Positions 24,224 to 37,657 of a stretch of DNA of 64,000 nucleotides are shown piece by piece (position 1 is the stretch's first letter; the number at the start of each line of letters is the position of its first letter). Under the pieces are notes generated by a model. The model saw only the letters and a program-made list of their open reading frames with translations. It did no database searches and was not told the DNA's origin. Origin of the DNA: Leucoraja ocellata (taxonomy: Eukaryota); contig JAWMAR010000043.1 in NCBI GenBank assembly GCA_036785375.1, positions 2,542,001-2,606,000 of the forward strand, given 5' to 3'. Both the position numbers and the translations under genes were made by a program.

Positions 24224-25631
24224 GTTGGAAGATTGAGACTGAATCTTAGCTTATGGAAGAACTGTTCAGTAGTCCGATAGCAGAAGAATGAACCCGTTCC
24301 TGAGACTGGTGTATGTGCTTTCAAGCTTTTGTAACATTGGTCTTATGAGGAAATGGTAAGATAATACTTAATGGGAGTTTACAAGGAATTCTACTGAAAT
24401 ATATAATGCTGAATGGATTTGAAATAGTAGATATTGAAAGGATTCTTCCTCTCCTGGAAAACATTAAACCAAGGAACATAGTTTTAGAACAAGTGTTTAT
24501 TATTTTTCTGCCAGAGCATCGTGAATCTTTGGAATTCTCTATCCCAGAGAAATATGGAAGCCAAGTCCATCAATACAGTCAATGCTGAGTTAAGAAAGAA
24601 AGATATTTGAAATAGAGAGCAATCAAAGGTTCTGGGAAACAGACATAAAAGTGGAGCAAATGGCAAAATTCAGAGCACCAAGGACATGTGGTAGAGCAAG
24701 TTGAAGGAGCGAGAAGGCAAATGCTTGTAACTATTTCTTGGCTTCATGTACAAACATTCATTTGAATTATTGCAAGCATCAGCATGGCATTTGATCATGG
24801 TCTCGAGCTTTAATAATCATTTTCAATCAACTTCTCGAGAAAAGTCAAAGCAATCTTTCAACCTTCTGAAAAATGCAACATAAATTACTAATAATAGATA
24901 GGCAGTGGCTGAACAGCACTGGAAAATAAAATGAAAGGAATAAAATAGCAGCTATTGGGATTAGACTGGATGCTGTATCAGCAAGGGCAAAAATAGAAAT
25001 GGGTCAAATCAATGGAAGGATGCAAGGGTCTCAGAGATTCTCACCTCTGATTGCTCAATACAATTCAAAACCACTGTTAATTGGAACAGTTCGCAATATT
25101 CGGTGGCCTTTTCACTACTTACTTTTGCTTCCGGCACAGTCAGATTGATTCAGATTAATTTAGATTTATTATGATTTACAATGTGTTTAACTCTCAGCTG
25201 GTTAATTTGTGCAGTTGCATATCAAAGCAACTCGTGGAAAGGTAGGCAACTGGGAGAAAGTTTAAAAACACTTCTGTAATGCAAAGTACTTTATTTTCCA
25301 GGAAAAGACCATTGTACAGACCCAATGGGAGAGATGAAAAAAAATCAAAGAATCCCAAAGGAGAATTAATATGTGCAAGTCATTATTTGTATACAATAGC
25401 TATATTCTAACTTCAAACTTCAATGGAAAGTGATGTTTTTTTTAATCACACTGATAGGAGAACTTTGTTTTATTAGGGGGTTGAACCTGTTTAATAACAA
25501 TGTATATTATGAAAATGTTGCTGTATATCTGAGCAGCAACAATAAATTATTAAAGCTGTTCTTGTGATAATGTTTAAATTGTTTACCCTCAAAAGCATTT
25601 AGTAAGCATTACAGTTCGGTATCTACAAATT

Positions 25632-26141
25632 ATAGAAACATAGAAAATAGGTGCAGGAGTAGGCCATTCGGCCCTTCGAGCCTGCACCGCCATTCAATAT
25701 GATGATGGCTGATAATCCAACTCAGTATCCTGTACCTGCCTTCTCTCCATACCCCCTGATCCCTTTAGCCACAAGGGCCACATCTAACTCCCTCTTAAAT
25801 ATAGCCAATTAACTGGCCTCAACTACCTTCTGTGGCAGAGAGTTCCAGAGATTCACCACTCTCTGTATGAAGAAAGTTTTTCTCATCTCGGTCCTAAAGG
25901 ATTTCCCCTCTACCCTTAAACTGTGACCACTTGTCCTGGACTTCCCCAACATCGGGAACAATCTTCCTGCATCTAGCCTGTCCAACCCCTTAAGAATTTT
26001 GTAAGTTTCTATAAGATCCCCCCTCAATCTCCTAAATTCTAGCGAGTACAAGCCGAGTCTATCCAGTCTTTCTTCATATGAAAGTCCTGACATCCCAGGA
26101 ATCAGTCTGGTGAACCTTCTCTGTACTCCCTCTATGGCAAT
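25632..26141 (-). mobile_element. Young CR1 LINE 3' fragment with TSD
   Basis: ORF 25809-26093 (GLSYEERLDRLGLYSLEFRRLRGDLIETYKI). AATTATAG is duplicated at 25628-25635 and 26142-26149. Confidence 0.93.
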
Positions 26142-28175
26142 AATTATAGCTCAATATTTTAGAAGTACAACGTTCATGCCTACTGTAATTTCAGTACTGC
26201 TTTACGCCATTACCGTTGGGTAATAAAACAGTCATTTAATATGGTTCTTAAACTGGCCTCGTACTGCAACAATGCAATCAGCCTTTAGCGGGCTCCCTCT
26301 CGCTACCTTGATTAATTACTTATATTTTCTCTGCTTACGGATGACTGTACCTTTGGTCCAACCTATTAAGAAAACTGTGATCATTCCTTGAGGTTATTTC
26401 AGCCGGTGTTAACCTACCTAAGTTCAATTCGGGGAGCTACATAAATGAAGGTAATGTGTGGGGTAATGTCAAGTCCAGGATATAACAAACTGTGCTAGGA
26501 CTCCAGTTTGTGTCCATGGGTGGTCAACACCATCATACATGAATTGCTTGTTTATTTTTATAAACAGTCTACACATTAAATAACCTTTAGTGTATGATTG
26601 CACTAACACTTGGCTTTACTGAAATGTGCCCCGTGATAATGACACACTGCCCCTTCCTCCCTGGCTAGGTTTTATCATCTCTCTTGCTAAAGATTATACC
26701 ATTTATAATGTGGTCCAAACTCTCCTGACTGCTCTTCTGCTGACTTCATTTGGTGCGCTGGAATTTCATTCTGCTCAACACGACAACACTCGTATCTAAT
26801 TTTGTTAATCCCTTCACAGTTTCATCTTCTGCTTGGTCGCCAACCCGGGCACGGCTGCATTGCTTGTGACTTCAGAACCCTCATTTGAATTTAAGGTGAT
26901 CCCATGCACTCTTTCATAGCCAAACTGTTTACTCAAATGTCTGCAGCATTGTCCACTGCTGCTCCTTGGAGGATTTGTTGCTTAATTGCAGCAAGGTTTG
27001 AATGGGATCATCTAGTCATTCTTCGTCACAAATTCCAGGAATACTACTTTCAATTAATTCCATGTCTCATACAATTTCAAGGAGCTGAGTGGATTTTGTC
27101 TAATGCCAAATTTTCTTGGGCATTAAGAACACTGACACAGAGATGTGCTCCAGCACATCACGGTGCGATTCACAACATTTCTGGAAGCATTTTCTAAAAT
27201 AAAACTGCTCATATAAAAATAGGTCTAATGGGGCAAAAGCTAAAATTTAACAGAAAGATCTATGATTAATTATCTTGTGAATGTAAACATTGAAAGAAAT
27301 GTAAAGCATTCTATTGCACTTTAAAGACCAGAGATTGATTTACAATCTTACAGCAGCAGGATATTCTGGCAATCCAATTCTCCTGCCTTCTCCTCATTAC
27401 CTTCACTCTTATCAATCAAGACTTTATCAATCTCCACTTAAAAAAAAACAATGACCTGGCCTCCGTAGTGTTCTACACTGAAAATCATTAGAGTTATTTT
27501 TTTGCCCTGCTATGTATGCTTGAAGGAAGTGCCTAGTTGCAAACCTGATGGGCATGTGTATGAAGCAAAGATTTGCTGACATTCTGAAAGATGGGAACCT
27601 GTTTTGTATGCTGCAGGAAAGTGCGGGGAAGGGGAGGGGGAGGGAGGGGGGGGGGGGGGGGGGGGGGGGCTCAGTTATCCAATCATGTACCACAACATTT
27701 TTTGTGCCACAACATTTTTTGTGCCATGCAATTACATTTTATCTTTAATGCAGTTGGGTACTTTTAGTGCAGAATGCTCTTCTCAAAAATAGATCCATCT
27801 GGGGGCTATGATGAGCAGAGGCTGCTGGATGCATTTGATGACTTCATTTTGTCAATGACATGATTGATATGTGTATGAAATTGTAACCTGCTTATCAGGA
27901 TTACTGCTCACAAGTAGTGAAATGAGTCTTACTAAAAAGGATTGGGTTAAAAGGCCCATCACTGCAAGCTTAGCTGCCAGACTCTGGGCAATCAATCTTT
28001 CTTGAAGTCACTTCTCCATTTACTTTATGAAGAGCAGTCGCTCTGTTTCTTATCCTGCATCTGATTACACCCCTCAAATTTCCATTCCTCTCCCTCATCA
28101 TCCTCCACTATCCTAATCCAGTGCTCGGGTCTTCACTCTGCACCTTGCATCTCCCCGATCAGTTATCAGAATGAT

Positions 28176-28426
28176 CAATTTTACTGAAGCCAATTAATCT
28201 ACAAACCTGCTGGAATAACTCAGTGGGACAAATAGCATCTCTGGAGAGAAGGAATGGAATGCGTAGAGACCCTTCAGACCTGTACATCTTAGGAGTGTGG
28301 TAGGAAACTGGAACACTCAGGGAAAACCCACGTGGTCACGGCGAGAATGTACAGACAACACCCATAGTCAGGATTGAACCCAGGTCTCTAGCTCTGTAAG
28401 GCAGCAACTCAATCATTGTGCCGCCC
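28176..28426 (-). mobile_element. HE1/V-SINE (tRNA-derived) interrupted by a short Penelope pLTR piece (~28209-28281)
   Basis: Antisense tRNA head (GGATTGAACCCAGGTCTC...GGCAGC) and V-domain (GGTAGGAAACTGGAACACTCAGGGAAAACCCAC). Confidence 0.75.
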
Positions 28427-30010
28427 ATTTACTGAGTTTGGACACCAGCTCCAGGAGTTTGGACGCACGTTTGGTTGAATGATGAAGAACATTGGCAATG
28501 AATTGAAAGAAATTGTGAAGATTTCAGGAGGTGTTGTTAAACAGGTTGATGATGTGTTACATGTAGCTGACTCTGAATAATTTAATCCCAGTTATTTGTA
28601 TTCCTTGAAAGGACTTGAAGCTGAGGAAATGAAATCTGATGAGAACTGTTTAGTGCCAATGTTATGTTTTTGGATCAATGCGAATCTCTTGGCTTGTTTT
28701 CCACAATTGTAGCTGCTCTTATAACGCATTACAAACTAATTTCTTGAAACGGATTTTTGCCAACTCATAATCTCTTCTCAATTTGCAAGCATTTTACAAT
28801 TGCAGCATAAATATTATACATCGATCTACAAATAGGACCAACTCGTCTGCATTGATTCTAAGTTTTAGCCTGTACAATTATTCTTGAAATGACTTTTAAA
28901 TTGAGAAACTCTCAAATATATTTAAAATAAATGTAAATAAATGTTAACCAAATATAAGACTAAATGCAGTGAAAAGTTAATAGGACAATTGCTGCACATT
29001 ATGCAAGGCCAGAGCACATAGAAATTATTGCCCAAAGCTAAGTCAAAATGTGTTGCAAGGTGAAGATATCGAAGATGTTTTATTTTGCCTGATGGAACAA
29101 AACTGTTATTTTTAAAGCTCACTAAAAAAAACTCTCAGAATCTATGTTTAAATTTGCATTAAGCAGTTTTTCTCTGCATATTAAACAGAATACAATCCCC
29201 TTGAGTGTGCTAAATGAGCATCACCCTAGTCCCAACTCATCTATAATACATCAGCAAACCACTGGTGGTACACCTGATACCTTGGCGTATGTTCAATAAC
29301 AGTTTGCTCTTTCATTTATTTTACTTCTAAACCAGAAATGAAAGGGATGAGAGGTACAACTTCAAATCCAATAAATGTCATAGAAACTAAGAATCAAAGC
29401 AAAGATTAATTGCACTTGAGAGTAGGGATACCAGAAAACATATTGCTTTGTCAACACCAAAAATAATAATTCAACATTTCAGAAGGCTGGATGTTTTCAT
29501 TTCAAACAATAATGACTATCTCATTGAAAGTTTCACTGGATTTACATGACTGACTACAACATTAAACATATATAAAAGTGATTTATGGAGTAAAACAGCA
29601 TAGAATAATGCCCTTTGGACTACCATGAATACAATGGCATTTGTGTACCTAGCTGCACTGAATCCCATTTTCCTGTTCATAGCATTGTATCACTTTGCTT
29701 TTTTAAGTGCTCATCAAACTATTTCCAAAATCGGTGTTGAATATCTCACTCAATATTCTGCAAGGTAGTCTATTCTGGTTTTCCACTGCTTTGTGTGGGG
29801 AAAAAAAACATTCTTCCCAAAGTCCTTTCTAAATGTCCCATTCCTTATCTGAAACTGATTTCCTCTGGCTATTGTTACTTCCACGAAGGGGAAGCTTTCT
29901 CACTGTTTATTTTTTTTTATGTCCCTTATAAGGTTGTAAATCTCTCCCAGAGAAAATAGTCAACCTATCGAGTCTTCAAATCTAGATGCTGCATCCCAGA
30001 CAACATCCTA

Positions 30011-30135
30011 GGGCCTGAAGAAGAATCCCAATCCAAAACATCACCTATCCATGTTCTCCACAGATGCTGCCTGACCTACTAATTTACTCCAGTAGTTTGT
30101 ATTCTTTGTGAACCAGCATCTACAGTGCCTTGTTT
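30011..30135 (+). mobile_element. Penelope pLTR with decayed hammerhead motif
   Basis: GGGCCTGAAGAAGAATCCCAATCCAAAACATCACCTATCC...AGATGCTGCCTGACC. Confidence 0.65.
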
Positions 30136-30752
30136 CAACATCCTGGTAAAACTGTTCTGCACGCACTCCAGTGAAATTCCATCCTCCTGAACATTCCAAT
30201 CTTTATCACACCCCTCCAGTACATTCAACATCTTCAATCTTCCTTTCTCATTTCTTCTTGCCTCTTTCCAACCTCTCTTTAGCTCTTCTTCCTTCCTCCT
30301 CTCTACTCCCCTCTCTTTCTCCTCATCTCCCCCCCCCCCCCCCGCTCTCTTAATTTAATTTGTGTAGTCTTGATTGCAAACTCTGTCAGAATTGATTATG
30401 CAGCTACAGACACCAAAATGTACTCTGTGCGGAAAGGATTCATTCTAAATCATCCCATGACAATCCTAAAGCAGGAGCATTTAGTATCTGGGAAGTTTAT
30501 TATTGTGGAGAGAGAATCTTATAGCAAGGGGTGTTGGAGATTAGGGAGAAGGCAGAAGAATGGGGTTATGAGGGAGAGATTGATCAGCCATAATTGAATG
30601 GCAGAGTAGACTTGATGGGTCGAATGTCTTAATTCTACTCCTGTCAGTTATGATCTTATGAAACGGGCCTTTCAACCCAATCAAGATGGCCTATCTAAGT
30701 TATTCGTATTTGCCCACATTTTGTCCATATCCCTCTAAACATTTCCATATAT

Positions 30753-31514
30753 TGTGGTGTCTGGGATAATGTCATGTTGGCGATGACTTGACTGACACTT
30801 GCAGTAGAATGAACCTGCATTATATGGTTAATTTATAGTGATGAGAATGTCCAGGTCTGCATGTGGGCGCTGTCCCTCATTGTCAGACCACATATGTGGA
30901 AGTGCTGGTGATCTTGTGCAGTTCATGGGTTTTGAAGAAGAAGAAGCTGATGGTCTCAACCCTGTTCTGGCAGCTCAACTTTGGGCTTGAAGGGGGAGGC
31001 GCGGCGATCTCAGGCTTCATCCTACAGTTTGCTCTTGCTTCGAGAGGAGGTGCTGGGGATGTCTGGCTTATCCTGGCAGTTCAGCCTTGGGATATAAAGA
31101 GGAGGCACTGGCAGCCTCATGCCTGCCCTGGTCATTTGGCCTTGGCCTCTGGCTGTCTTAGGCTTGTCCTGGCAGGTCAGTCTTAACCATAGAACGGTTG
31201 CGCTGGTGGTCTCTGGTTTGTCCCAGTGGCTCGGTCTTCCTCCAGGGATGCAAAAGGGGAACACAGCTAGAAGGAAGAAGCCCCAGTTTCTCTCCCTTCT
31301 CTCTCTCTCCCTCTTCCTTTCTCCTTTGGCTGGAACATTAGGATTTATAAGGAGTGGGCTGACAAGATTGAGGTGGCCAAACATGATATTGGATAATTCG
31401 ATACTGTTAATTATTTGACTTGCTCAATGGTGCTGAGGTTTGGCATCTTCTGGTCGGTCTTCCGGTGATGGGGATCAGAGCAGCATCTGAGAGAGGAGAG
31501 AGAGTGTTGTCACA
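30753..31514. mobile_element. Solo LTR-like insertion (762 bp) with ATAT TSD
   Basis: TGTG...CACA termini. ATAT lies at 30749-30752 and 31515-31518. It splits a CR1 3'-end sequence (CCCTCTAAAC... | ...GTACCTGTCCAAATG). Confidence 0.8.
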
Positions 31515-31574
31515 ATATGTACCTGTCCAAATGACTTTAAAACTGTCTTAAAAGGAAACAAGATATTTACAGAA

Positions 31575-32292
31575 TTGTGTGGAGATATGGCAGATGGAGT
31601 TTAATCAGAACAAGTGAAAAGTAAGGGGGAAATATATAATTAATGGCAAGACCCTTGACAGCATTAGTGTACAATAGGTTCTTGATTTTCAAGTCCAGGG
31701 CTGACTGTAAATGGATAGAGTAGTAACAAAGCAATATATTATACTTGCCTTCATAGGATGGGACATTCAGTATAAGAGTCGGGTATCATGATAGCTTTAT
31801 AGGACTTTGGATAGGCCACATTTGGAGTAGTGTGTGTAGTTCTGGTTGCCCCATTAAGGAAAGATGTGGAGGCTTCAGAGAGGATGCAGAGGAGGTTCAC
31901 GCAGGGAGAGGTTAGACAGATTTGGATTGTTTTCTCTGGAGCGCGGGAGGTTGTAGGGAGACCTGAAAGAAGCATATAAAATTATAAATTATTACCAGGT
32001 AGGATAGATGGTCAGAACTTTTTCTTTTAACAGGATGAAAAATCAAATACTAGAGCGTATTGCTTTAAGGTGAGAGCGGCAAACTTTAAAGGAGATTTGC
32101 AGGGCAAATGTTTACACAAATGGTAGTGATTGGCTGGAATGCGCTGCCAGGGTTGGTGATGGAGGCAGATACAGCAGTGCTGTTTAAGAGGCTTTTTGAT
32201 AGGCATATGGATATGGAGGGATATGAATTATGTTTAGGTAGATTGGCACAGACATTGTGAGCTAAAGGTCCTGTTCCTGTGCTGTCCTGTTC
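31575..32292 (+). mobile_element. Old CR1 3' portion
   Basis: TGGCAGATGGAGTTTAAT (WQMEFN), AGGCCACATTTGGAGTA (RPHLE) and TGGAATGCGCTGCCAG (WNALP). Confidence 0.8.
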
Positions 32293-33332
32293 GAATGAAT
32301 GAATGAATGAATACGTTTATTGTCATTACACAATACTGTGCAACAAAATTCCATTACATCTCCTACGGTTAAAAAATACAAACACGACAACCATTGACAC
32401 ATATGTACACTTATTAGTAAAATAATAAATAAGTATTTATAAAGAAATAAAATGAATTTGGCCGCATTTCTTGGAATTACATTTTGCTTCCCCAGTGTTC
32501 TCTGTTGGAATTAAGCTATTTTATCGCACATGGGTAGAAACTATTTTTTAGTTACCGGTGCGAGCCTTCAGAGACCTGAATCGCCTCCCAGAGGGTAGCA
32601 GAGTGAAAAGGTGGTTGGCAGGGTGGGATGTGTCCTGCTTGATATTTGTGGCCCTGCGCAAGCATCGGGCCCTGTACATGTCATCCGAGGAGGGCAGTTG
32701 AGCGTTTGTAATGCTCTGTGCAGTTTTTATAATTCCCTGCAGCGCCCTCCTCTCAGCCACAGTACAGCTGGCAAACCACACCAGGATTCCATAGGAGAGG
32801 ATACTTTCCACGGCGCATTGGAGATGTTTACTTTCCACGGCGCATTGGAGATGTTTATTCCCAGGAACTTAAAGCCAGTGACTCTCTCCACCATGTCTCC
32901 TTTGATGTATAAGGGAGCAGGTTCCTCTCTCCTCTTCCTCCTGAGGTCGACGACCAATTATTTTGTCTTTGATGGGTTGAGTACCAGGTTGTTTTTGGTA
33001 CACCAGACAGTCAGTTTTTGGACTTCATCCCTGTAGGCAGACTCGTCGTTGTTGTTTATCAGTCCCACCACAGTCGTGTCGTCCGCAAACTTGATGATCC
33101 TGTTTGTATTGTGTGTTGGTATACAGTCATAAGTGTATATTGTATACAAGATGGGACTCAGCACACAACCTTGTGGCGCTCCTGTGCTGAGCGTTAGGGG
33201 AGTAATTGGACCCCATCCTGCCAGTCTGTGGGCGGTCTGTTAAAAAGTCCTTAATCCATCCGCATGCGTTTGCATTAACACCCAGATCAGACAGTTTGTC
33301 CACCATTCTGCTGGGGATGATGGTATTAAATG
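32293..33332 (-). mobile_element. Rex1/Babar-clade LINE, RT plus 3' end, inserted in a CR1 tail
   Basis: GAPQGCVLSPILY...IIKFADDTTVVGLI...ESAYRDEV; HPANHLFTLLPSGRRFRS; (ATTC)n tail; TGTTC on both sides. Confidence 0.9.
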
Positions 33333-33641
33333 TTCTATGTTTTATGTTCTAATTTTATAATTTGCTTCACCTGAAAAACAGTGACTCTGAAAGATACGTT
33401 GCTCTCAAGGTCATCTGATAGGGCACATTTTGACAAGAGATGTGCTTTTTATTACGATCTCTTTTTGTAACCAGATTAGATTCCACAGGAAAAAACTAGG
33501 GAAAAGCTACTGCACCCTAATATTAAATGAGATATTAGTTACACAATACTTAATATATGGTTGGCAACTTGATGGAGATGTTTAAAGTTACAAGGAGTGA
33601 ATAGGATGGATGTGAAGAACAATCGTCAGTGCCCTGCACCC

Positions 33642-34640
33642 AAAATTCAAAGTTCAAAGTAAACTTTATTGTCAATTCAAGAAATTGGATTGAAATTGCG
33701 TTTCCCCATACTCCAAATGTACCAGTAATATTTATAACACAGACAGACAATCTACCAATAAGATAGACAATATACATTATTTAAAATATTCACAGTGTGC
33801 CAGAATGTAGTAAAATTTTGAGGTATGTTATTAAGGTGCAATAATAAAAGGTGCAATATAGAAAAGTGCAAATAGCATACTGCAGACATTGAGTTAAAAT
33901 TATTTTGACAGACAGTTGGTCTTTGTTTGTGTAATGTTCATGAACTTTTCTTGAGTGTGATGGCCTGAGGTAAAAAGCTGTTTTTTGAATCTGGTGGTTT
34001 TGCTCCGCATGCTGCGGTAGCGCTTGCCAGATGGTAGGAGAGTGAACAGTTTGTGTGCTGGGTGGGTGGCGTCTTTGATGATATTGGTTGCTCTCTTGCG
34101 ACAGCGAGATGGGTATAAGTCCTGGATTGCAGGTTGCGGTGATCTGGTGATCATCTCCGCTGTCCTCACCACTCTCTGTAGTGCCTTCTGGTCAGCAGCA
34201 GAGCAACTGCCATACCAGACTGAGAGACTGCTGGTAAGAATGCTCTCAATGGCACCCCTGTAAAAAGTGGTGAGGGCAGAAGGGGGGGAGGTCGGCTCTC
34301 CTCATTCGTCGAAGGAAGTGGAGGCGTTGCTGTGCCTTCTTGACTATGGAGATGGTATTGGTGGACCATGTCTGATCATCTGTGCTGTGCACTCCAGGAA
34401 CTTGGTGCTTTCACAGTCTCCATTGCACTGCCATTGATGGTGAGTGGGGTGTGTGCTGTCTGTTTCTTCCTGAAGTCCACAGTTATTTCTTTTGTTTTAT
34501 TGACATTGAGTTGAAGGTTATTGATGTCACACCAGCTGATGAGTTGTTGTATCTCCTCTCTGTAGGCTGAGTCGTCATCGTGGCTGATGAGGCCCACCAC
34601 TGTTGTGTCATCAGCGAACTGATGATGACACAACATGACA
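33642..34640 (-). mobile_element. Rex1/Babar-clade LINE, second family
   Basis: FADDTTVVGLISHDDDSAYREEI...NVNKTKEITVDFRK; HPAHKLFTLLPSGKRYRS; TTTGAA tail. Confidence 0.9.
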
Positions 34641-34646
34641 CAACTT

Positions 34647-34829
34647 GCTATATTTAAGAGGGAGTTAGATGTGGCCCTTGTGGCTAAGGGGATCAGAGGG
34701 TTTGGAGAGAAGGCAGGTACGGGATACTGAGTTGGATGATCAGCCATGATCATATTGAATGGCGGTGCAGGCTCGAAGGGCCGAATGGCCTACTCCTGCA
34801 CCTAATTTCTATGTTTCTATGTTTCTATG
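34647..34829 (+). mobile_element. Young CR1 3' end
   Basis: Matches 1462-1643; (TTTCTATG)3 tail. Confidence 0.9.
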
Positions 34830-36512
34830 ATATACCCACTCTGAAATTGTCTCTTAGTTGACATATAAAAATAGTTATCTCTTCACATATTGTTATTTAT
34901 TGGGGAATTCATCATGCAAAACAGTTGCCGAATTTATTATATTTTAACTATACCTCCACTCTAAAAAATATTTGAACAAAGTTATTACGGGAGTCTGAAT
35001 GGCATGGTACAATTGGAAGTTTTCTTTTTCCTCACAACTGTACCTTCCCAAGACAGTTCAGAAATAGGCACTCAGATGGGATAGATAATATGTTGGGGGA
35101 TCAATTAGAAGGTGGATGTGTCTGCATGGAATGATTGACAGAGCATACGGTAGTAGAAAAAAGAATGTGTGAGTGATGGATTCCTCAGAGTGCAAGCACA
35201 AGCCCTGAAGATGAAGAAAGATACAGATACCTGTCAAAGAAAATGTTTCCTTCACGACTGGACGTCTGGAAATTGCCTGCATGGACCTGCTGCTCAATGT
35301 CAAAGTGAAGAGGAGTCCACGACCAATCTGTGAGGGATTTTGTGAATAATATTGATACAGTGATGGAAATGAGATCCTATTACCAATTAGAGTAAACAAA
35401 AACTCCACTTTAAGTAGCGTATTTCATACAATACATAGTGTGCATGCTCCACAGAATATTTCACAGCCTCACGATGCATCAGAGCATATTTGATTGTAGA
35501 ACATTTGAATCATCATCACTGTTGTATTGATTGACAAACAAAGTTTACACTTGGCAATCTCCTACAAACAATGATGAGATAATAACCAGATAATATCCAT
35601 TCATATTGTTGATTAATTCGTCTTGGACATTTGGAAGAACTTGGATAACAGTGTATTCAAATTTCAATTTTTACTACATACTGCCTACTGTTAGATTAAA
35701 ACTTGTCTTTTTAAAAGCAAAACTTTTAAAATATATGCAATAGAATATAGATTTAAGCATTTTCGTGTTCATTCTTAATGCTAAAACTTCATGAAAAGCT
35801 AAATTATTTATACAGTAAAATGAAAATGACTGGATAATTCAATCTTGCTTTCATATGAAATAGAAACATAGAAAGTAGGTACAGGAGTAGGCCTTTCGAG
35901 CCAGCACCGCCATTCAATATGATCACGGCTGATCATGCTAAATCAGTACCCCGTTCCTGTTTTCTCCCCATTTCACTTGATTCTGTTAGCCCCAAGAGTT
36001 ATCATCAGATGATGAGTAGGTGGCAGGAAACAATCTTTTGGATTTGGGTTTTATTATTGTTGTACGTACCGATGTACAGTGAAAATATTAATTTTGCATG
36101 TTATCCAATCTGATCAGATAGCACGATACGTTAATACAATTCAGTCGAATTCAAGTACAACATGTAGAGCAAAGGGGAAAATACAGTGCCTGTATAGTTC
36201 TCAGCATCATAGCACATCAGTTCCAGAGTCCATAATGAGATAGAGGTGAATCAGACAGTGCCCTAGCTCAAGGAGGGGCCATTTAGAAGCCTGATAACTC
36301 AGGGGAAGAAGCTGTTCATGGGTCTGGTGGCACACATTTTCAAGGTTATGAGCCTTTTGCCTGGCAGGAGTCGGGAGAGGAAGCAATGTGAGCGGTCTTT
36401 GATCATGTTGGCTCCTTATCCAAGGCAGCGTGGAGAGGTGATAGTTAATGGTGGGAAGTTCCCGTCTGCGTGGATCTACAGCTCTGCAATTTCTTGCGGA
36501 CTTCGAAAGAGC

Positions 36513-37112
36513 AGTTTAGTTTAGTTTAGAGATGCAGCGTGGTAACAGGCCCTTCGGCACACTGAGTCCGCACCGACCATCAATCCCCGCACATTAACAT
36601 AAGCCTAGACACACTTGGAACAATTTTACACTCACACCAAGTATACAAACGCAAGCCAATTAACCTACAAACCTGTACGCCTTTGGAGGCTGGGAGGAAA
36701 CCGAAGAACTTGGAGAAAATCCAGCTGTTCCCAAACTAAACATGGTGCAACCCAACAGTGTGTTTACTATGATGCATCTGTAGAAATGTAAGTTCTGGCT
36801 TTGGAGATATGGGATGGAAACAGTCCCTTCTCCCCATCAAGTCCACACCAAACATCTTTCACCAGTTCACACTAGTCCTATGTTATCCCACTTTATCATC
36901 CACTCCGTACCGGCTAGGGGCAATTTACAGAGGCCAATTAACCTACAATTCCCCATGTCTTTGGGATGTGTAAAGAAACTGGAGCATCCAGGGGAAACCC
37001 ACATGGTCACAGGGAGAACGTACAAACACAACACAGACAGCATCTCGGGTCATGATCAAACCCGGGACTCTAGTGCTGTGAGGCAGCATCTCTATCAGTT
37101 GCGCCATTGTGT
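36513..37112 (-). mobile_element. Two HE1/V-SINE copies (~36513-36722 truncated; ~36800-37112)
   Basis: (CTAAA)n tail, GCCAATTAACCTACAA and antisense V-domain in both; tRNA head in the second copy. Confidence 0.78.
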
Positions 37113-37657
37113 CAACTCTTTGTTTATAAGAGTCATCGGAGACATGTCAAATTTCCTCAGTCTTCCAAGTAGAGGTATTGATGTGCGTTCTTGGTTGTCA
37201 CAACAATGTGGTTAGTTCACAATAGACTGTCGGCGATATTAACACCAAGGAACCTGAAACTCTTAACCATATCAGCATTATTGAGGCTGTTTGGGGCATG
37301 TTCGCCACCATGCTTCTAGTAGATATTTAGCTCCTTTGTCTTGCTGGCATTGAGGGAGAGATTGGTGTCCTGACCCCTAAGTTCTCTATCTACTTCCCTT
37401 AGTCCATCTCACCATTGTTCATGATCCTGCCCACCACAGTGGTGTCATCTGCAAACTTGTAGATGGAGTTAGAGCTGAATTTGGTTGTACAGCTGTGAGT
37501 GTATAGGGAAAATAGTATGGGGCTGAGAATGCATGCCTGTGGGGCATCAGTCACAGTGATGCAGTGTAAAACAGGCCCTTCGGCCCAACTTGCTCACACC
37601 AAACAGCATGTGCCATCTTCACTAGTCTCACCTGCCTGCGTTTGGCCCATATTCCTC

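Noticed and set aside
27792-27865. Possible terminal exon encoding DPSGGYDEQRLLDAFDDFILSMT
   Set aside because: Weak acceptor, no recognisable homology, and no partner exons.
28478-28578. Possible C/D snoRNA (ATGATGA...TTGATGA...CTGA) or short ORF MMKNIGNELKEIVK
   Set aside because: No convincing terminal stem or recognisable rRNA guide; such boxes arise by chance in AT-rich DNA.
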